Shown here in pieces: positions 23,201 through 34,400 of a stretch of 64,000 nucleotides of DNA. This DNA is from Eutreptiella sp. 'Long Island Sound 2002' (taxonomy: Eukaryota > Protista > Euglenida): contig OZ038378.1 of NCBI GenBank assembly GCA_964036045.1, forward strand, positions 183,210,001-183,274,000, in the 5' to 3' direction. The stretch's first letter is position 1, and each line of letters opens with the position of its first letter. The notes below the pieces were generated by a model. It saw nothing but the letters and a program-made list of their open reading frames with translations, did not search any database and was not told the DNA's origin. The position numbers and the translations under genes were made by a program.

Positions 23201-26200
23201 ACGTCTGCCTTGGGCTTAGGTCACCTCACTCGACGCCCTCCCATGCGCCATCACCGGCGCCTTGCTGCCCCCCTGGTGCGCCGGGGCTCGCTCTAGCATC
23301 TCCATGTGGCCGGCGCGGGGGCCCACCCCCCGCCCTCCGCTGTTTCCTGTGGCCGCCAACGGTGGCAGCCCCTCCGAAATGTCCCGTGCTGCCGGTTGCA
23401 GCTAGGCTGGGAGGGGGTAATTATGATCTCCCTCCCCCGAGGAAAACCCTCTGTGACCTGATCCCGGGCCCGGGCAGCGATGTAGCCCTCCCATGACCCC
23501 TGCTGTGGGCAGGGAGCCCGAATTCTCCCCAAAGTCTCGCGTGAGACCCGGAGCGAGGCGAAGGGAGAAGGTCGTTGTCCCCCCGCCCCCCCCTCCGTCC
23601 TTTGCCGGGCCGGCGGCTACCGCCGCCAGAATTGACCCACCTGTCACACACACGGCGGGCGCCCTGAAAACCAGCGGCGGCAGTATGCCACCTCCTGCCC
23701 CCTGCCCACGTGGCCTTGGGGGCAGTGGGCTAGGGTCTGGACAGTGCAGGGCTGGGGTTAGGCCCCACCCCTCGCCCGTACATATGGAAACTGTCCCCCA
23801 TGGTGCCGCACAGTGCAGGCAGCCCGAGGGTTAGCGCAGGAAATTGAGCCGCTGGGGGGGCTACTGGGCACCCCTCCCCCTCTCAAACTGTGACTCACAA
23901 GACCTAGGCGGTGTCCTGGGCGGGTTAGCGATGCAAGCACGGGGGGGGGGGGGCAGAAAGGTGCAGCCCCCCCTCCCACAAATCCTGCAACAATAGCTCC
24001 AGCACTGCTGCATACAGCTCAGCAATGCACCTGCGGGTGCATGCCTCCTCCTCCTCCAGCGCCATCCATGCGCACCCAGAGCTCGCATAGATGCCCCCCA
24101 CCTTCCCTCGGTTCCCCTGGTGGCGCTGGGGACAAGGGGAGGGGACGGTTGCTGCACCAAGTCTGGCAGGCTGAACTCTGGAAAGTCCAGCCCTGCTTGC
24201 AGGGGGGGGGGTCAGAAATTAGGGGCTCTGCCCTACACTCTACCCCCCCCCCCCCCCCATCAACTTCCTTTTTTCGGCCGTTGCTGCAGCTAGGCCAGAG
24301 CCGGGGCCTGACAAGACTGGACCCCGGAACAGGTCAGAGCCAGAGCCGGGGCCGGGCAGAGCTAGACCCCCCAACAGGTCAGTGCCGGGGCCTGACAAGA
24401 CTGGGCCCTGGCACAGGTCAGAGCTATGGCCTGACAAGACTGGACCCTTGAATACTTCCTCGCCTACAGTGTTTGCGATGCAAACATTGGCACAGTGCGC
24501 CGCAGCCGCTTGCACCTCCAGCTTAACTTACAGGGGGCAGGGCTCATCCGCCCATGCCCCCACTAGGCCCCACAGGTCCAGGGGGTCATTGCGTTGCAAG
24601 CATACCATGGCCCCCTGCTCGATGAGGCCCAGACCGCTGCGCGCTGCCGCCGTCGACTCCACGTGGTCCAGGGCGGCGTCGGCTGCCGATGCCGCCGCCC
24701 GTGTTGTGTCCGAGACCGACACGACGATGGTTGCTGCCGCTGCCACTGCTGCCGCGGTCGCTGCCGCTGTGGATGCCGCAGCCAACGACGCGACCGCTCG
24801 ACGCACCCTGGCGCGGGCTCGCCCCTGTGCCCTCCGGCCCGGCTCGCCCCAAGAGGGCGTCGTGGGCGGGGGCACGCATGTCAGCATGTTGCCGGCAGCT
24901 CCGGCCACTCCGCCGTGGCGGGCGCTTGCCCCGGCTGGGCCCCGGCGCGCGCAATGTGCACGATAGCCTCCTCGTCCTCGACCGCTTGTTGAATATCCAC
25001 CTCCGCCTTGTGGGCCGTGATGCCCTCCTCCAGAGCCATCGTTTGCTGCAGCAGGGACACCGCGTCCTTCTTCCTCCGAGGAGGCGGGGGCAGGCATACC
25101 AAGGCCCCCCGCGCATTCATGCTGCCAATGCCGCCCCTGGCCGCCAACGCTGCCGCCGCAAGCACTGCCGCCGCCGCCATTGCTGCCGCGGCTTTCACGA
25201 CGGGCTCGGGCTGGGGCTGGACCTCCTTCGCGTAGGGCTGCTGCTGCTCACGCATTTGACGATGTTCTTCTCGCCACTGTCGCGGAGTCTGCCCCGGGGG
25301 TAGCCAGAAGTACTCCTCCCACGGGTGGGCCGTCTCCTCACTTTTGTACGCGACTCCCCCCCCCCCCAGTAGAAATGGGCCGAAGGCCCCCCCGGGGGGG
25401 GGGGGGGGGGGGGGGGGGGGCATTGGAGGGGGGGGTTCAGGGAGGGGCGATGGGGGGGGGGGGGCGGTCGGGAGGGTCAGTGGGGGGGGGTGCAAGTGGG
25501 GCGATTTGGGGTGGTGGGGGGGGGGGGGGCACAGGCTCCCGTTACCTCCCCTTGCCCTCCCTCTGGGGTGAGAGCTAGGGCTAGGGTTAGGGCTAGGGTC
25601 ACCGAGCTGGTGGAACCAGTCTTGGTTTTATAACCCTTTTTAGTGTCTAGGGTGGACCTACCAGGTTTAGCAGCAGCAGCAGCAAGCAGCAGCAAGCAGC
25701 AAGCAGCAAGCAGCAAGCAGCAGCACGCGCGAAATGGGCAAAAATCAGAACTACGTCCTGGTGGTTTTGGATTCTGCTGAAATTTTGGTGGATGATACCT
25801 ATGGGTGTGAAGTACAATCACACAAAGTTTGACAAGAAACTCAACGGTGGCGGCCGGCAACACAATTCGCAAGTGGCGGACCTCAGTTTCAAAAACTGCA
25901 GTTTAGGGCCAAAAACAGCCATTTTTGGGCCAAAACAGCCCTGGAACACATTCAAAACGGCCAAACGAAGGGAAACAGTGGGTACACTCCATGTGCGGCT
26001 TGACTTCCCCGTGTCAACAAGCTCTTTGCGGCCCTCTAACTCCAAGATATGTCCCGGAAACGGCCCAAAAAGGCCCCACAAGCTCCAAATGCCGGCAGCC
26101 ACAAACCAAGAATAGGCCATATCTTTGGCTACATGGCTCAAAATGCGATTCCGAGGGCACCTACTCCACCCGCAACCCCCCACTTTTTGTGGTTTCCACC

Positions 26201-27964
26201 CCTCAGAATTGCCCAAACGAACGCCTGGACCCCAATACCTAGGCCCACTCGGCTGCGGCAAGCTGCAAGCTCAAGCCCAAACAGGTGGGTGCCCAAATGG
26301 GTCAAAAGGGACCAGTAGGGGCAAAAAGATGATTTTGGGGCATTTTGGCCCCTCATAAGTCCAAAAAGCCTTGAAAGTGGGCCTCGTGGTGATGGTGTTC
26401 ACTTGCAAGCTGATTTCACTTTGTCAAGAGCCATCAATGTGTGAATCATTCTTCATGTCCCTCAATAGTGATAGCTGATGTTCCCTCCCCCACCAGCTCG
26501 GTCCCAATATTCAGTCTTGATTAGGGTTAGGGTTAGGGTTAGGGTCATGGGTAGGGTTAAGTGTAGGGTTAGGAGCAGGCTGAGGGTTGGGGTGGGCGTT
26601 AGAGTCAAGGTTGGGTTCAAGTATAGCGTTGGGGTGCTCCACCGCCTGGGCGGAGAGGGATGCTACGTGGGCAAGGGGAATGAAAAAAAATTTTTCGGGC
26701 GCCTTGGGCGCCACCATATGTATGGCCAGTAGCTATTGACCCTTGGTAACTAAGTGGGCCCGGAGGGCAGGGAGGGGGGGGGGGCGGGGGGGGGGGGGGG
26801 GGGTCGCGTACCCGAACCGAGGAGACGGCCCCCCCGTGACTCCTTCCCATAGTACTGGGCTCCATCGCGTACCCAACCCCCCTGGTCGGAGTCCTCCGCG
26901 ATAAGGGGGTCCCCCCACGGGGTGTGCTGCAGCAGTGGCTGCAAGGCCGCGACGATGGCCTCGGTGAGGGCCGCAGTCAGGGCCGCGGTCTGGTCCCCCA
27001 TCGGAGAGGCCCCAGCCACTCTGCCCCGGTACTAGCCGTGGAAGCCGCGGCCGCCCGCGACGTGGGGCGCGGGTCTCGGCCCTGGCGGGGGGCTGTGGGT
27101 AGCCCTCAACGCCGGGAGACGGCCGGTGCTGGCATTTTGTGGGTAAGCGCCCAACCACGGTCAAGGCGCCAGAAAAAGAGCGTGTACTATTAACGAGGGC
27201 AAGGGCCGATTAAAGCCCTGGACGCTGTGCGACGGGTTAGGCGAGGGGGTTATGGGTCAGAGATTGGCTGCACCCCTCCCCCCCCCCCGCCCCCCGCCCA
27301 CCCCTGGTGTCGCGGCGCGACGGAAGGACTAGGCGTCCAGGGTCAGGTAACCTCGCTGTTGGCCCTCCCATGTGCCAAGACCGGCGCCCCGCCGCCCCCC
27401 TGGTGCGCCGGGGCTGGACCTGGCGCCTTCTGGTGGCCTGTGCGGGGGACCGCCCCCCGCCCACTGTTGGCTCCTATGGCCGCCCTGTGCCCTGTGCCCT
27501 GTGCGGCCGACCCCGTGTGATCTTGTGATCTGACTCCGGGCTAGGGCAGCAGGCTACCCCTCCCATTAACGAGGGAGACCCATTTGCGGCAATGGGCTGA
27601 GTCGGCGTGTTGTAACCCGGCAGTGGGGCGGGGCTGTGCCAAAACGCCTGCTCTTTGCCCTTTCGTGGAGTCAGAACCTCTGAGGCGGTTCGGCTTTATG
27701 TTTGTTCCGAAGAGGCCCTGCTGTGTCCCAATGAAAACAGGGGATGTACTACATCACTGTCCCCGTCAAGCATCATGTCGTGTGGCGCTGGCGGGGAGGG
27801 GGGCACTGGTCTCCGTTGCTTTAGCGCCGGAGGAGAGGCTATTTGTGGTGAGTGAAGAAACTGTGAGTGTTGTGCGGGCCCGGCTGGCTTGAGGCATGGT
27901 CTTTTGCAGTGGCCCACTGGCGGGGGGGGGCGGGTCGCTTTCGTGTTGGTACCGGAGAGTGTGC

Positions 27965-27996
<32 letters not shown>

Positions 27997-28361
27997 ATTT
28001 CCATGCCATCATTATGTCCTGTTGACTGGGTGTGGTTGCAACCCGATGAGATTCATGGAGCTGCCTGCACCTGCCTATTTGTGGTTGGTTCAGTTGCTTC
28101 GCCTCAGTCATGCCTGTCTATGTGTACATGTGTGTGTGTGTGTGTATGTGCTTGTGTGCGTGCGTGTGTGTATGTGTATGTGTGAGACCCTATCCTGGTA
28201 CCAGGCAAAAAAAATGTCCCGACAGGAGGTGTACCAAGAGGTTTCTGCTAGCGGCTATCGGCTGTAGAGTCACACCTGCCTCATTTCCTCTCTCCCCCTC
28301 ATTGTTTCCGGAGTTTGGTACTTAGTGATGCCACCTCCAACAATTGCCCACATGTCTGCAC

Positions 28362-28458
<97 letters not shown>

Positions 28459-31400
28459 GAGAGAATGAGAGAGAGAGAGAGAGAGAGGAACAGAGAGAGA
28501 CCCAAGCACACACACATGCACGCACCGTTGGAATCCGTAGGCTGCAGAATCTCAGGGCGGTGCTTCAGGTCCAGCAGCCACTGCACATCGCTGTTGCCAT
28601 CGTACTGCCTCCGCACGGCCTCGCAGTGGCGCATAGCCTCCAAATCCTTGGCATTGGGCACAAGTTTTGGGTGTACGCTATCCCCAAGACCGCGCTCCGT
28701 CCACGTGCACCACAGCGCCGCGCTGTGCCCGTGCGGCTCCGTCACCGCTGTCGGGTTGGCCCCGGCCGCCAGCAGCTTCTGGAGCGCGTCGCGGTTGTGA
28801 CACAGGGCCGCGTGCGTGAGCAGCAACACGCTCTTGGCGTCTGAGATTGCAAAGAGCGCAGCGTGCCCGAGGGCCGGGGGCGTCGCGTCGTCGAGGGCGA
28901 GCTCGTGCCGCAGCAGGTCCGCGTCAAAGTCGTGCCCGTAGGAGATCGCCGTCATGACCTCCGCGAGCAGCCCGTCCGTGAACTCGTCGTACGCGTGCGG
29001 CTCCTTCCGGCGCGCCTTCAAGTGATTCACCAACTGCTCCGTCTCGTTCTGCTGGTCCTGAGGCCGCACGGACGGGCACTCACGGGCCGATGCCCGGCCC
29101 CACGGTCCCTGACCCGCAGATGGGGCACCGTGGGACCACGGGGACCTCTTGAGGGCCTGGTCGGCCAACAGGCAGTGTGTTTGGCCCCAGAGGCGGTCCA
29201 ACGGGGTGGCCGTCTCGGGACACATGCGGACTGCGATTTTTGGGACTGGGGGATCCAAAAATTCGACATGGGTCATTTGCGCACTTTACTGAGGCGCATG
29301 GAGTGAGACACCCCCGTTGCAAGGGTCTTGGCAGGGCCTCAAACGCCAACAACAGATGAACGGTCTCATTCGAGGCCCCAATCAAGCCTTTTTTGTGATA
29401 CGGGGGGGGGGTCTTGGAGGAGGCAGGCACTGCTTTTGTCCTACCCCTACCCTAAGGGGGGGGGCGGTCCAGTCGAGGAGGCAGGCACCCACTCACCGCC
29501 TTGTGCACCTCTAACAACATCCAGCTCAGGGGTGGAATAGATATTTCAGTTTGAAACTTTTCCCCCATAAAATCTCCACCTTGCCCAGCCTGTTGCATGA
29601 ATTACCATAGCGCCCTAGATTCGAACCCAGCACCCCTGGGGTGCAGGTATACTATAGTGCCGCTAGGGTACTTACCAGATCTGGCAACCCACTGCTGAAT
29701 ATTTTGGTTACAAATATTTCCCCCAAAAAATCCCAGCCCACTCTTGGCCTACCCCCACCGGGGGGGGGGGAGGGTGATTCCGCTGAGGGCACCCAGAATT
29801 TCACAAAAGGCAGGCAGGCACCCCCCCCTGGGGGAGGGTATCCAAGGCACTAAAAAAAGGCTTGGCCCCAATGTAGTGCAGGGTCCGAGGGAAGCTGCTG
29901 ACCCCCCCCCCCCTTACCCCTTGTCCAAGACAGTGTGGCTCAGGTGCTCCCACAGGTGAGAACCGTACAACACTACCTTTGGAACCCCATGGGGTCTAGC
30001 AACCCGTAAATGACCACAAGTCAAGAGACGTTTAGCCCATGGCTTGCATGTTGTCAGAAGAAGTGGTTTTTGGGGGGGCAAAAAATGTTTATTTCATGTG
30101 ACAACGATGTGTATTTTGCTCCACAGGTGCTGTTCTCCCTGCAAAAATGTTCACTTTCATCAACATCAACATTTTACCACCACTGGACACTTCTGACACC
30201 GCCATCCCCCCCCCCCCCCGTTGCTTTTTCAAAAGCGATGTTGTTCATTCATCACAACACTTGTCCAAAACCCCCTCCTGCCCTGGTGCAGTCCCACTCA
30301 ATGAAATAGCTTCGTGCCCCCCTGCCCCCCCCTCTCCCTGCCCTCTGCATGGACCCCTTCCGCCCCACCCCCCACCCCCTGTGCTTCAACAAATCCCTCA
30401 CAGAACAAAATGCTCCCGTGGCGCAGCAGAAGGACGGACAGTCTGGGCAGGGTGCACCAACAGGCAAGGGACGTCGGCCATCCAAGTTGACCCGCTGTGC
30501 GCTGTACCATCAGCAGCAACGGTCTGCAGCAGCTGCCGCGCATGCTGCTCACGGACTGCGACCTGGACGCCGTCAACACCCCCCGGCCGGTACCATCCCC
30601 AGCGGGCGGCACTCCCCAAGTGACGTGGCTGTGGGTGTCGGGCTGGCCTTGTCGGCGGTTCACGTCCATTCGAAGGAACGAGCAGCGCTGCCTTCGATTT
30701 TGCTTTGATTGTTTTTGTGGCGTTTCCAGGCGCCAGCAGCACCACCAAACGTGCGCAGTTAGAGAGGGGGGCCGGGAGGGGGGGTTGGCAGCAGACAAAG
30801 GTGGCCTAGGCCGTGCGGGTCTGCCAGCCGTGGCAGGCCTGCGAGGGGTCAGTGGAACACCCCGAGGGAGGGGGTCCTGCAAGCACCGCAGGCTTGCCAG
30901 GCATCAGCGCACCCTCCCACCCCGACCATCACCTGCCACACGACCCCCCAACACCACCGGCCCGCCCGGACGACCGCCGGCAATCCCTGCACCAACCTGC
31001 GGCCATTGCCATGTGGGCACGGCCACGGCGGCACGGGATCGGGGGGCACGGGGCAGCACAACACCGCCCGACGCAACACAATGAGGCATACACCCGCGGA
31101 GGGTAGGGGAGCGAGGGGAAGGCGCAACACACACACACACGCGCGCGCGCGCTCGCGCCCTGACGCCGACCGGTTTGGCGTGGTATTGGGGCAGGACGAT
31201 TTTGCGGCGAATGAAGAAACAGGGGCCGTGCGGGACCAGCGCAATGCTTCGGCATGCACAGGACACAGGCCCAACGGGCTGCGTTTATGAGGGGGAGGGG
31301 GGGGGGGCTTTGGGCCCTAAGACCGACGCACTCAAAAAAGACCCACTTTTGGACTCGGGTAAAATCACATTTTCTTTGACGACGCGATCCCTCGCAAGCC

Positions 31401-34400
31401 CCCCCCCCCCCCCCCGAACCTCCGGAATTAATTAATTCAGAGTACGGCGACAGTAAGAACTGCCCTGCATAGCCCCAGAGGGGGGGGGGGGGGGTGTTGG
31501 CATGTCACCATGGTGCGGGGGGGGGGGGGGGGGCTGTTGGGGTCGGGTATCTGAACAGGCGGCGCCACATGCGCATCACCATCCGACCCGGGCCCAGACA
31601 CGTACGCACAGGGGGCCGGCACGGCGGCACACCTCCTGCATCGAGAGCTTCCGGCCGCCTTGCCGCCTCCGGGGCTTGTTCGCCGACCTCGTGCGGTCTC
31701 GCCGGTACCGGGCCTCCTCCTTCTTGTACTGCACCTGCTCCTTTTTGTGCCGCAGCTGCAGGTGGTACAGGGGGTCCAGCCCCTTGCGGTCCGGCACGGC
31801 GGTGTCGGCGCCCCGGTCCACGAGGCGGCGGATGACGTGGGGATCGGCCTCCATGCAGGCCATATGCAGCGGCGTCCACCCATCGCCCTCCGTCTTGCAC
31901 CTGAACACCGCGAGGGAGGCCCATAGGGAACGAGGCCCACCCACAGCGTCCAATGGGTGGGGGAGAGCAATGGTCCCACGTCGCCGCCCTTGTTGGTTTT
32001 CGTTGCGACATGGACAACACCCATCCTCTGGACCTCTGCATCCACATGGCCCTCCAAAGCCACCGCGTTCATTGGCCCTCTCACGGGCGGTCCCGACAAC
32101 ACGGCCCTCTGGTGCACCGCCACGGACTCTGTAAGTGGCACGGTCGGGTGGCTGTTGGCACTGCAACATGGTGCCCTTTCAGGGTCACGGCCGGTCACCC
32201 GTGGGGGGAGTCAACAGCCCATTCAGCCCAACGGCGGAACACTGGTCATGCGGTCCCATCCGTAGCTCAATCACATGGACGACTACCTGTTCATTGGGTG
32301 ACACGCAACGCACCTTTCCTTCCGCAGAGCTGTCACTCTACCGGCGTCCACTCGCCAATACTGATGGCACATGGATCCCCCTCCCGATTGTCCAAGCTAC
32401 GCCCGGCCCCAAATCAATACGCTCTCTGCGCCCCACGTGGCTTGCACGCACCGCAAGGGGCGGCTCCAAATGCAGCCTGCGGAGTCTGGCAGTTGCATCC
32501 CATGGCCCCTGAAAAACACAGTGCCATCTACGAACTTCTCGAACATCCACCAGCACTTTACCTGAGGGACTCATCTGTGGCTAACAGGTCCAGCCACCGG
32601 TCGCACTCGTCTTGGCCCATCACGGGATTCTGCAGCGTGTAGAAGAGGGGGGTCTTGCCCTCCTTCGTGGTCAGCTCCACCAGCGACTTGTCCTTCACCA
32701 CGTGTTCGAAGACGAACGGGAATCCTTCGGGTGAGGCAGCCGCGAGGTGGATCGGGGTCTCGCCCCCGGCGTTGGGGGAGAGGTGGAGCGCGAGGTCACC
32801 GCTGGCGCTGCTGAAGCCTGAGATACGGGGCAAAGGGCTGAAGGTAAAGAGTCATGGGCATCAAATGGGTCCCGTGAGTCCACCAAGGCTCCAGCTGCGC
32901 CTGCCTCACAGCCTTCGTTACTTTCTGTCCAGGTCAAGCGCCACGTGGCGTCCAGCTGCCTCATTGCCACTGAGGTTTGCGTTGTACTTCGCTCCTCCTT
33001 CCCCATCCCTACGGGTTACTGGCCGGGGTTCTGGGGCTCACGACCGGGTTGGGTGTGCGTACAGGGGGGGGGGGGGATATCGTTTCGGGATAATTTCGTG
33101 GGGAAATTTCGTCGTTAAGGAAGGTGGCAAAATCTCTGGCGAAATCTGGGGGCTTTGGCAGTGCAGCGTGTGCGTGAGGCAGTGTAAGCTTTGGGATTTG
33201 CAAGGGGGGCGAATTTTTCCCCTTCCGAAATTTTCCCCGGCGAAATAATCCCCACACGAAATTATCCCCCCCCCTCTCTGTAGGGGTCATCCACATACCT
33301 GTGCGTGCAAGTGCTGGCCCTATTCGTCCCACACTGGTTGCGGGCGGCGGCACGGGGTGTGCCATTAAGGCTGAGTGAGTATGCCGGCTGGTACTGCCGG
33401 GTGTACGTATTTGTTCGCCTTTTGAGGAGGGAATCCTCCACATGTGGATGGATGGGTTGGTTGTCCACCCGTTGCGGTGGAGCTGAAGGGGGCGGGTTCA
33501 AACATTGCGAGCTTGCAACAGTTGCAGCATGGCGGGGGGGGGGGTGCATCGAGGCTGGGTAAGTGTGCCATTTGGTACATCTAGGTGTTCACACGGGTGT
33601 GAGCTCTTAAACATGAACTGTTCACAATGCTTGTCCCGGGTCTCTGAGAAATGCATTGCTAATAGGTGAGAGTGGGACAGTTGTCCCTCTACTCACAAGT
33701 GCTGCTTCTGCCCCTTGGCATCCCTCTCATGCCGGCGCCCCAGTCAACGGCGTGCAGGTCTCGAGTTCTCCAATCAACCTGCGCAGTGGCTAAGGGCAGC
33801 CCCGGTTGTTCTGTGTGTCGTATCCCGGGCCCTTTTTTTGTTGCCAGCCCGTTCAAGCCCCCCCCCCCCCCCCACCCCATTGTCTCTCCACACTGACCTT
33901 GTGTGGTCGTGTGTACATCGACACTGATAGACACCGGGGGTTCACTGGCGAACCAACGGCGGTTGGTGATCACTACCCGCTGGCAGTTGATGGTAACCAC
34001 CCTCAGACCGCAGCCGCAGGTACAGCTCTGGCCATGTCTGTGCATGGGCCAGACGCGGCTCCAGACGTGGTGGGGCTGTCCTTTAGGCTTGAGGACGGCC
34101 CTTGGGGCAACAGAGTGTTGTAAACACAACACACGTGAAAGATCAGACGGAAAACGAGAGCCAGACAAACGGTTGCAGTGCGTGCGCATCGCAGCTACAG
34201 GGGATACCGCGTGCAAGTGCTGCAGCGGTGATACATAGTCCCAAATGATCTGAAACACCCCCAAGTCCGAAATTGCGCAATCGTAATCTTAAATTAATTT
34301 TCCATCTAGGCACTTCTTACCGTTACCGTGTGTGCATAGAGTGCAAAGAGTCCCCCACCCCCCACCACATACACACGAAGCAGTGCAGCCTATGCACTGT

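Noticed and set aside
26515-26600. Chromosome end / true telomere
   Set aside because: Only about four perfect units, internal to an intron, with unique sequence on both sides.
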